Positions 18,630-25,977 of a stretch of DNA of 64,000 bases are shown in pieces. The notes beneath the pieces are model-generated. The model searched no databases. It was not told where the DNA came from and saw only the letters and a program-made list of their open reading frames with translations. The translations under genes and the position numbers were made by a program. Position 1 is the first letter of the stretch. The number at the start of each line of letters is the position of its first letter. Origin of the DNA: an uncultured Oscillospiraceae bacterium (GTDB lineage Bacteria > Bacillota > Clostridia > Oscillospirales > Oscillospiraceae); contig CAKUHB010000009.1 of NCBI GenBank assembly GCA_934655875.1, forward strand, positions 1 to 64,000, given 5' to 3'.

Positions 18630-21458
18630 ATGGCAATTATGAAATGTAAGATGTGCGGCGGGGATATTGAGATCTCGGCGGACAAGACCTTCGGAACGTG
18701 TGAATACTGCGGCAGCACGATGACGCTGCCGAAGACGGATGACGACCAGCGGCTGAGCTTATTCAACCGCGGCACGCATCTGCGGCGCAACGGTGAATTT
18801 GACAAGGCTGCGGCGATCTATGAGCGGCTGATCGGTGAGAACGACGCGGACGCGGAAGCGCACTGGAACCTGCTGCTCTGCCGGTACGGCATCGAGTATG
18901 TGCAGGATCCGGCCTCCGGCGAGCGTATCCCGACCTGCCACCGCGCGAGCTTTGACAGCATTCTGAACGATGTGGACTATCAGGCCGCGCTGCAATACTC
19001 CGACGGCGTGGCGCGGAGCCTGTATGAAAAGGAAGCGCAGCGCATTGCTGCGCTGCAAAGGGACATTCTGGCGATCTCGCAGAAGGAATCGCCGTTCGAC
19101 GTGTTCATCTGCTACAAAGAATCCGACGAGAACGGCAGGCGCACGAAGGATTCCGCGCTGGCGCAGGATATTTACTACCAGCTCACCGACGCGGGCTATA
19201 AGGTCTTCTTCGCGCGCATCACGCTGGAGGATAAGCTCGGACAGGAATACGAGCCGTATATCTTTGCCGCCCTGCACTCGGCAAAGGTCATGGTTGTGGT
19301 CGGCACGAAGCCGGAATACCTGAACGCTGTCTGGGTCAAAAACGAGTGGAGCCGGTATCTCGCGCTCATGCGCACCGACCGCAGCCGCCTGCTCATCCCC
19401 TGCTACCGCGATATGGATCCGTATGATATGCCGGAAGAGCTCAGCATGCTGCAAAGTCAGGACATGGGGCGGATCGGGTTCATTCAGGATCTCATCCGCG
19501 GCGTCAGAAAAGTCGTAGACGCGGCAAAGCCGCAGCCGGAGCAGCCGTCCGCCGCGGCGGACGCCGGGACGAAGACCGCGCCGCTCCTGCGCCGCGGCAC
19601 GCTCTTTCTGGAGGACGGCGACTGGGCCAACGCAAACCAGTATTTTGAAAAGGTGCTGGACGCCGCGCCGGAGTGCGCGGAAGCGTATCTCGGAAAATTC
19701 CTCGCGCAGAATCACGCAAAGTCCGCCGCGGACTATGCAAACGCCCGTCTTGCGGACATTGTCAGGCACGCGCCGTCCATCAAAAACACGGACGCGTGCG
19801 CGGCGGACGGTGCATTTATCTCCGCCTGCACAGAAAAATATCAGGTCGACGGATATCTGAGCAGTCAGGAGATCACCAGAATGCTTTCCGCCTTTGACCG
19901 GCAGTATTGCAGTCAGGCGGCCTATTACCGCACCGCGGCGGAGACGGCAAGAAGCGAACTGGACACAGACCGCAATCTGACCCGCGCCCGGCAGTTCGGC
20001 TCGGACAAGACCCGCGCCCAATGCCAGAGCATCTGCGACAGCCTGTTCGGCCCGCTGGCGGAAAAGCTCCGCCAGTGCGAAGAGGAAGACGCCCGCCAGG
20101 CGCGCAGCATCCGCGAGGACTACGCCGCCTTTCTGAAAAAGGCGGAGGAAAAAGTCACCGCACGCTCCGAGCAGCTGCGGCAGAAAGAAGCACAGGCACA
20201 GCTCGAGCAGGAGCGGCAGCAGCGCGAAGCGGAGGAAGCGGAGCGCCAGCGCCGTCTGGAGGAGCTTCACCAGCTGGCAAAGGCCCGCCGGAAACAGACG
20301 GCCAAAAAGATCGCCAGGGGCGCGGTCGTTGCCGGGCTGCTGCTGGCCGCGGCTCTCAGCTTTTTGAAGTTTGCGAACCGGAAGTATGATCAGGCGGTGG
20401 CGCTCGCCGCGGAGGGCAGCTATGCGCAGGCCGCGGAAGCGTTCGACGAGCTGAAAACCTACAGAGACAGCAAGGAGCAGTTCGCGGAGAACATGCGTCT
20501 GGCCGGAGAAGCGTATCTGGCGTCGGGCGAGACGGCGCGCGCCGCCATGTGCTACGCAAAGATCGGCGATCCGGAAAGCATGGAAAAAAGCTATGCGCTG
20601 TGGGACACGGTCGCGGTGCGGAAGACGATCTCCGTCGGATATAACTACACCGCCGCGTTGAAAGACGACGGCACGGTCGTATTTACCGACAGGCACGCGT
20701 TTGACTCCTCGCCCGCGGGCTGGCACGACATCATCGCGATCGCCTGCGGCGACGACCATCTGCTCGGCCTGCGGGCAGACGGCAGCGTCTGCGCAGCCGG
20801 ACGGAATACAAAAGGCGAATGCGACGTTTCCGACTGGAAAAACATCGTGGCGATTGCCGCAGGGATGGACTACTCGGTCGGCCTGCGGGCGGACGGAACG
20901 GTCGTCACGGCTGGACGGAAGGACAATGGCAACCACAAGACCGGCGACTGGACAGATATCGTAGCGATCGACGCCAAGAGCCTACAGGCCGTCGCCCTGA
21001 AAGCGGACGGAACCGTGATCATGACCGGGGATACGGATAGTGAGAAGACGCTGGTGGAAAGCTGGACGGATATCAAGGCGATCTCGGCCGGATGGTTCCA
21101 CACGGTCGGGATCAAGCAGGACGGAACAGTCGTTGCGGCGGGACATGACACCGATGGTGCCTGCGACGTCGGCAGCTGGAGCAATATCTGCGCAGCGGTC
21201 GGCGGCGGAAGCACAAAGTTTGACTACACGATCGGTCTGCGGACGGACGGCACGCTGGTCGTGACGCGTCCGGAAAGCGTGGAAGCCGGCTCCGCACGTG
21301 ACATTGCCGGCTGGAGCAGCATTGTCGCAGTTGCGACAGGCACAGATACGGAAAAGCTCACCCTTGGTCTGCGGTCGGACGGCACGGTCGTCGCCGTGGG
21401 CGATACGGACGGCATTGATCTGAGCGAATGGACAAATATCAAGCTCCCAAACAGATAA
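18630..21458 (+). CDS. Zinc-ribbon / TIR / TPR / TM / divergent RCC1-like protein, paralog 3
   Basis: 942 aa. The N-terminal ~300 aa are about 80-90% identical to paralog 2 at the start. TIR motifs FDVFICYKESDENGRRT…VWVKNEWSRYL. TM helix VVAGLLLAAALSFLKFA. There are fewer YKDA repeats, and the propeller blades are degenerate (several lack the GQC motif). It ends NIKLPNR. Confidence 0.85.
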   Translation: MAIMKCKMCGGDIEISADKTFGTCEYCGSTMTLPKTDDDQRLSLFNRGTHLRRNGEFDKAAAIYERLIGENDADAEAHWNLLLCRYGIEYVQDPASGERIPTCHRASFDSILNDVDYQAALQYSDGVARSLYEKEAQRIAALQRDILAISQKESPFDVFICYKESDENGRRTKDSALAQDIYYQLTDAGYKVFFARITLEDKLGQEYEPYIFAALHSAKVMVVVGTKPEYLNAVWVKNEWSRYLALMRTDRSRLLIPCYRDMDPYDMPEELSMLQSQDMGRIGFIQDLIRGVRKVVDAAKPQPEQPSAAADAGTKTAPLLRRGTLFLEDGDWANANQYFEKVLDAAPECAEAYLGKFLAQNHAKSAADYANARLADIVRHAPSIKNTDACAADGAFISACTEKYQVDGYLSSQEITRMLSAFDRQYCSQAAYYRTAAETARSELDTDRNLTRARQFGSDKTRAQCQSICDSLFGPLAEKLRQCEEEDARQARSIREDYAAFLKKAEEKVTARSEQLRQKEAQAQLEQERQQREAEEAERQRRLEELHQLAKARRKQTAKKIARGAVVAGLLLAAALSFLKFANRKYDQAVALAAEGSYAQAAEAFDELKTYRDSKEQFAENMRLAGEAYLASGETARAAMCYAKIGDPESMEKSYALWDTVAVRKTISVGYNYTAALKDDGTVVFTDRHAFDSSPAGWHDIIAIACGDDHLLGLRADGSVCAAGRNTKGECDVSDWKNIVAIAAGMDYSVGLRADGTVVTAGRKDNGNHKTGDWTDIVAIDAKSLQAVALKADGTVIMTGDTDSEKTLVESWTDIKAISAGWFHTVGIKQDGTVVAAGHDTDGACDVGSWSNICAAVGGGSTKFDYTIGLRTDGTLVVTRPESVEAGSARDIAGWSSIVAVATGTDTEKLTLGLRSDGTVVAVGDTDGIDLSEWTNIKLPNR

Positions 21459-21473
21459 GAGAGGAAGAACGCA

Positions 21474-23333
21474 ATGAGCAAATTTGTAATTGAATGCCCC
21501 AAATGCGGGAAATACGCCGAAGCCAGCACCGGCCTGTTTGCAAAACGGAGGATCCCCTGCACGTGCGGGCACGCCATCGACGTGCGTACGGAACGGCTCG
21601 CGACCCGCGAATGCCCGCACTGCGGCAATACCGTCCTCTATGACCAGTCCAAGGGCGAAAAGGCGCTCTGCCCCGTCTGCCATACGCCGGTCAACACGAC
21701 GGCCCTTCAGCTCAAGACCGTGGAATTTTCCTGCGCGCAGTGCGGCATCCAGCTGCACGCGAGCAAGGCGGATACGACCTGCATCTGCCCCGTCTGCGGC
21801 TGCGAGAACGACGTGGAGCAGCGCGTCACGACCGACCGGATCAAAAAGGACGGTCTTGCCAGCATCATCAAATACGAGGGCGACAACGAGACCTTCGTCT
21901 GGAAGCACCCGATCGAGGACTTCAACTTCGGCTCGCAGCTGATCGTCCATGAGAGTCAGGAAGCGATCTTCTTCCGCGACGGGCAGGCACTCGACCTCTT
22001 CGGCGCGGGCCGCTACACGCTGCAAACGCAGCAGCTGCCGCTGCTGGAGAAGATCTACAAGCTCCCGACCGACACCGAGGGCACGTTCCATTCCGAGGTC
22101 TATTTCATCAACCTCGCCACCCAGATGGGCGTCAAATGGGGCACGGACAGCAAAGTCCGGATGTTTGACCCTGCGTCCCACCTGCCGATCGAGATCGGCG
22201 CGTCGGGCGAATTTAATATCCGCGTGACCGACTCGCGCAAGCTTCTTTTGAAGGTCGTCGGCACGACGGGCGGGCTTGGGCAGGAGCAGCTGCTGGGCAT
22301 CGGGAACGGCAAGGGCTTCTTCCGCTCGATGGTCATGACGCAGGTGAAAAGCTACCTTGCGCAGACGATCAAGGAAAACGCCATCGACATTCTGGAGATC
22401 GACGAGCACCTCATGGCGCTCTCCGGCGCGCTGCGCGAGCGGATCAACGCCGCGCTGGATGAATACGGCCTGACGATGCCGGAATTTTACGTCAGCCGTA
22501 TCGTAACGCCGGACGACGACCCCAATTTCCGCCGCATGAAGGAGCAGCACGCCGAGCAGTATCTGCTCGTCCGGCAGGAGAACATCCGCAAAGCCGAAGC
22601 CGAAGCCGCGGCAGGCCGCAAGGCGGTCGAAGCGCAGACGGCTGCCCACCTGAAGATCATCGGCGCGCAGGGCGACGCGGAAGCACTCAAGATCCAGAAG
22701 CAGGCCGAAGCCGAAGCCTATCGCATGCAGGCCGAAGCCGAAGCCGCCGAAATGCACATGAAGGGCTACAGCTATCAGCAGGAGTCCGCCCGGCAGGTCG
22801 GTCTGGAAGCGATGAAAAATGGCCTTGGCGGCGGCGCGAATGCTGCGGGCGCGCTGGGCGATCTCGCGGGGCTTGGTGTAAGTCTTGGCGCAATGGGCAG
22901 TGTCATCGGCATGACGAAGGATGCGCTGAACCCCATGACGCAGGACGCCGCGCAGATGGGCGCGGCCGTCGGTGCAGCCGGCACAGGCGGCTGGGACTGC
23001 CCGGCGTGCGGACACAAAAACATCACCACGAACTTCTGCCCCGACTGCGGCGGCAAAAAGCCCGAAGCAAAAACCGGCTGGGACTGCGCACAGTGCGGCA
23101 CAAAGAACATCCAGAGCAGATTCTGCCCGAACTGCGGCGCAAAGAAGCCGGAGGAGCCGAAGGGCTGGATCTGCCCGGACTGCGGCACGAAAGATATCAC
23201 GACGAACTTCTGCCCCAACTGCGGCACGAAGAAGCCGGAGGCGCCAAAGGGCTGGATCTGCCCGGACTGCGGCACGAAGGATATCATGACGAACTTCTGC
23301 CCGAACTGCGGACGGAAGAAGGAGGAGACATAA
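21474..23333 (+). CDS. SPFH/band-7 (YdjI-like) protein with three N-terminal and four C-terminal zinc ribbons
   Basis: 619 aa. N-terminal CPKCG…CTCGH, CPHCGN…CPVCH and CAQCG…CPVCGC ribbons precede a central SPFH-like domain (…FVWKHPIEDFNFGSQLIVHESQEAIFFRDGQALD…) and an A/E/Q-rich coiled coil. Four tandem 29-aa repeats GW(D/I)CP.CG.K.I...FCP.CG.KKPE, about 87 bp each, make up the 22985-23330 DNA region. Confidence 0.8.
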   Translation: MSKFVIECPKCGKYAEASTGLFAKRRIPCTCGHAIDVRTERLATRECPHCGNTVLYDQSKGEKALCPVCHTPVNTTALQLKTVEFSCAQCGIQLHASKADTTCICPVCGCENDVEQRVTTDRIKKDGLASIIKYEGDNETFVWKHPIEDFNFGSQLIVHESQEAIFFRDGQALDLFGAGRYTLQTQQLPLLEKIYKLPTDTEGTFHSEVYFINLATQMGVKWGTDSKVRMFDPASHLPIEIGASGEFNIRVTDSRKLLLKVVGTTGGLGQEQLLGIGNGKGFFRSMVMTQVKSYLAQTIKENAIDILEIDEHLMALSGALRERINAALDEYGLTMPEFYVSRIVTPDDDPNFRRMKEQHAEQYLLVRQENIRKAEAEAAAGRKAVEAQTAAHLKIIGAQGDAEALKIQKQAEAEAYRMQAEAEAAEMHMKGYSYQQESARQVGLEAMKNGLGGGANAAGALGDLAGLGVSLGAMGSVIGMTKDALNPMTQDAAQMGAAVGAAGTGGWDCPACGHKNITTNFCPDCGGKKPEAKTGWDCAQCGTKNIQSRFCPNCGAKKPEEPKGWICPDCGTKDITTNFCPNCGTKKPEAPKGWICPDCGTKDIMTNFCPNCGRKKEET

Positions 23334-25010
23334 ATGGCGGCAAAGCTGGAATGTGAAATCTGCGGCGGCAAGCTGATCGGCAAGCCCGGCGGCATCTTCG
23401 AGTGCGATTCCTGCGGCATGGAGTATTCCACCGAATGGGCCAAGGCCAAAATTCAGGAAATCAAAGGCACGGTCAAGGTCGAGGGCACGGTCGAGGTCAC
23501 CGGCAAGGTACAGGTCGAAGGCGGCACAGTGCAGGTCGAGGGCGCGGTGACAAAAGAGAGTCTTCTCAAGCGCGCGGAGATGTGCTGCGCGGAGAAGGAC
23601 TGGGGCAAAGCAAAGGCGCTGATTGAACAGGTTCTGAATATCGACCCGGAGTGCGGCGAAGCGTATCTGACCTCGGTGATGGTAGAGCGGGTCATGCAGT
23701 CAAAAGAAGACCTCCACGCATACTGCACCAACGCCATCCTTCCTCTGCCGCAAGGGAAAAACATGGAGCGCGCACAGCAGTTCCTGCCGGAGCTTTTTGC
23801 ACAATGGAAAGAAGAAAAAGAGCGCAACTACGCAGCGTATCTTAAGAAATACGAGGAAAGCGGCGCAGCGCAGCTGCGTGCGCGCTATGCAAAGACAGAT
23901 GGACTGCTGGTCTGTGGGTATCCCGGCCTGCTCGGGATTCGAACAGACGGAACTGTTCTGGTATCGGCAACAGAAACGCGGGAGCCGGACGCCGCCGCGA
24001 TCCGGCAGTGGGATGAGATCACAACAATTGCTTGCGGCGTGAATCATACAGTTGGCCTTCGGGCAGACGGCACAGTCGTCGCCGTTGGAAAAAATGGTAG
24101 CGGCCAGTGCAATGTTGAGAAATGGCGAAACATCACAGCAATTGCTTGCGGCGGGAATCATACAGTTGGCCTTCGGGCAGACGGTACGGTCGTTGCTGTC
24201 GGAGCAAATGAAAATGGACAGTGCAATGTCAGGGACTGGCGGGACGTCACAGCAATTGCTTGCGGCGATAGCCATACGGCTGGTCTTCGGGCAGACGGTA
24301 CGGTCGTTGCAGCCGGATGCAATGAAGAGCAGTGCAATGCCATCAAGGGCTGGCGGGATATTACCGCAATCGCCTGTAGCGGATCCCATACCGTCGGTCT
24401 CCGGGCAGACGGCACAGCGGCTGCGACAGACTATCCGAATTGTGAAAACTGGCGCGACGTTGTCTCGCTTGTGTGCAATGGCGAGTATGGTCTGCGGAAG
24501 AACGGGACGCTTGCGCCGAGCTGGGGCAATCTGTGCTGCGGCTGGTCGGACATTATCGCCGTTTCGGGTTATGGCAGTCATATCTCCGCGCTGCGCAGCG
24601 ACGGAACGGTTATATGCGCTGGCGGCGGAGAAAGCCAAAAGTGGACGGATATCGTCAGCATTTGCAGCATCCTCGATAAGGTGTATGGCATACGGAAAGA
24701 CGGTACCGTCGTGGCGGCTGGCGAATCTCATAGAGATGTTTCCGGCTGGCGCTTATTTAACAGTATTGATACCTTGGAACAGGAGCGCACGAAAGGACTG
24801 GCACGTGCCCGGGCCGAACACCTTGCAAAGGAAAAGGCCAAAGCTGATCGCATCGCACAGAAAAAAGCAGAGCTTCAGGCTGAACGGGACGAACTGCAAG
24901 CAGAGCTTTCGCAGCTCAAGGGGCTGTTTTCCGGCAAGCGCCGAAAAGAAATTGAACTTCTGCTGACCGTCAACCGGTATGAGCTTCAGGAATTGGAGGA
25001 ACAGGCATGA
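23334..25010 (+). CDS. Soluble zinc-ribbon / TPR / RCC1-like repeat protein (no TIR, no TM)
   Basis: 558 aa with an N-terminal CEICGG…CDSCG ribbon, a (K/T)VEGTV repeat, one TPR-like unit, at least 7 RCC1-like blades (NHTVGLRADGTVVAVG.N..GQCNV..W.DITAIACG) and a C-terminal coiled coil. The start overlaps the preceding stop (TAAATGG). Confidence 0.8.
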   Translation: MAAKLECEICGGKLIGKPGGIFECDSCGMEYSTEWAKAKIQEIKGTVKVEGTVEVTGKVQVEGGTVQVEGAVTKESLLKRAEMCCAEKDWGKAKALIEQVLNIDPECGEAYLTSVMVERVMQSKEDLHAYCTNAILPLPQGKNMERAQQFLPELFAQWKEEKERNYAAYLKKYEESGAAQLRARYAKTDGLLVCGYPGLLGIRTDGTVLVSATETREPDAAAIRQWDEITTIACGVNHTVGLRADGTVVAVGKNGSGQCNVEKWRNITAIACGGNHTVGLRADGTVVAVGANENGQCNVRDWRDVTAIACGDSHTAGLRADGTVVAAGCNEEQCNAIKGWRDITAIACSGSHTVGLRADGTAAATDYPNCENWRDVVSLVCNGEYGLRKNGTLAPSWGNLCCGWSDIIAVSGYGSHISALRSDGTVICAGGGESQKWTDIVSICSILDKVYGIRKDGTVVAAGESHRDVSGWRLFNSIDTLEQERTKGLARARAEHLAKEKAKADRIAQKKAELQAERDELQAELSQLKGLFSGKRRKEIELLLTVNRYELQELEEQA

Positions 25011-25702
25011 AACAGGACAAAGGAAAAACCCAGACGCTTCTGATCCTCGCCATTGTGCTGGCGGCGTATCTGGTGCTGGCATTCGTGATCCCATTTGCAA
25101 AGACCGGCGTGTTCTGGCTGGCGCTGGTGTTTACGCTGGCGGCGTTCGGCTTGCAGCTGTATGTGATGAAGCTGTCGTTTACAAAGGGCAAGGACGCGCG
25201 AAGCAAGTTCTACGGCTTCCCGATTGCCCGCGTCGGCGCGGTGCACCTGATCGTGCAGCTCGTGCTGAGCTTCCTGTTCATGGCGCTCGCCGCATACTGC
25301 CCGGCATGGGTCGCCGCCGTCATCTTTGTGGTGCTGCTGGCCGCCGCTGCCGTCGGCGTTGTTGCGGCAGACGCAATGCGCGACGAGGTCGAGCGGCAGG
25401 ACGTGCAGCTCAAAACGGACGTGGCCGCCATGCGCACGCTGCAATCGCGCGCGGCAGCGCTGGTTGCCCGCTGCGAGGACGCGGCACTGCGGGCTGACGC
25501 GCAGAAGCTTTCGGACGCGTTCCGGTACAGCGATCCCGTGACAAATCCCGCAACGAGCGCCGCAGAGCACGAGCTTTCCGCCTGCATGGACGAGCTGGAG
25601 CGCGCCGCGCTTGACGGCGATGTTGAAAACGCAAAGACGCTGATCCGGCGCACCGCCGCCCAGCTCTCAGAGCGCAACCGCCTGTGCAAGCTGAATAAAT
25701 AA
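25007..25702 (+). CDS. Four-TM membrane protein with a C-terminal cytoplasmic helical domain (last gene of the operon)
   Basis: 231 aa with four hydrophobic helices in the first 130 aa followed by an A/R/D-rich helical tail. ATGA overlap with the upstream gene. Confidence 0.7.
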   Translation: MKQDKGKTQTLLILAIVLAAYLVLAFVIPFAKTGVFWLALVFTLAAFGLQLYVMKLSFTKGKDARSKFYGFPIARVGAVHLIVQLVLSFLFMALAAYCPAWVAAVIFVVLLAAAAVGVVAADAMRDEVERQDVQLKTDVAAMRTLQSRAAALVARCEDAALRADAQKLSDAFRYSDPVTNPATSAAEHELSACMDELERAALDGDVENAKTLIRRTAAQLSERNRLCKLNK

Positions 25703-25746
25703 CCCCGCGCAGCAAACCGCTCCTGCACCTTTCAAGCATAACCTGC

Positions 25747-25790
25747 GGCGGGCCTGATATTCCGGGAATATCAGGCCCGCTTTGTGCTTC
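25747..25790 (+). terminator. Rho-independent terminator of the TIR/RCC1 operon
   Basis: Perfect hairpin gcgggcctgatatt-ccggg-aatatcaggcccgc followed by TTTGTGCTTCTT. Confidence 0.75.
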
Positions 25791-25870
25791 TTCTCTCCCG
25801 TGCCGTGGCAGCCCGCCGAAAAATGTTCAAAAAGCCAGGAAAAAAGCAGCAAAATGCATGTAGTAAACAC

Positions 25871-25899
25871 TTGCTTTGCATAGATATGCATGTTATAGT
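25871..25899 (+). promoter_or_regulatory. Putative promoter of the SLH surface-protein gene (-35 TTGCTT, 17 bp, extended -10 TGtTATAGT)
   Basis: Read from the sequence. Three ATGCAT/GCAT motifs lie within and around the spacer. Confidence 0.35.
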
Positions 25900-25977
25900 A
25901 GAACCAGATAGCGGAAAAAGGGGAAATATGATACCAATTCTCCCTCTGCTGTCAAAAAAGAAGATGGAGAGAAAGCT

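Noticed and set aside
14058-23015. Long ORFs on the minus strand (14058-15104, 15174-17048, 17634-18392, 18759-20936, 20982-23015) and many short ORFs in alternative frames within the TIR/RCC1 genes
   Set aside because: They are antisense or out-of-frame shadows of high-GC repetitive coding sequence. Their translations are Arg/Ala/Gly-rich low-complexity strings with no domain signatures, and they lie entirely inside well-supported plus-strand genes.
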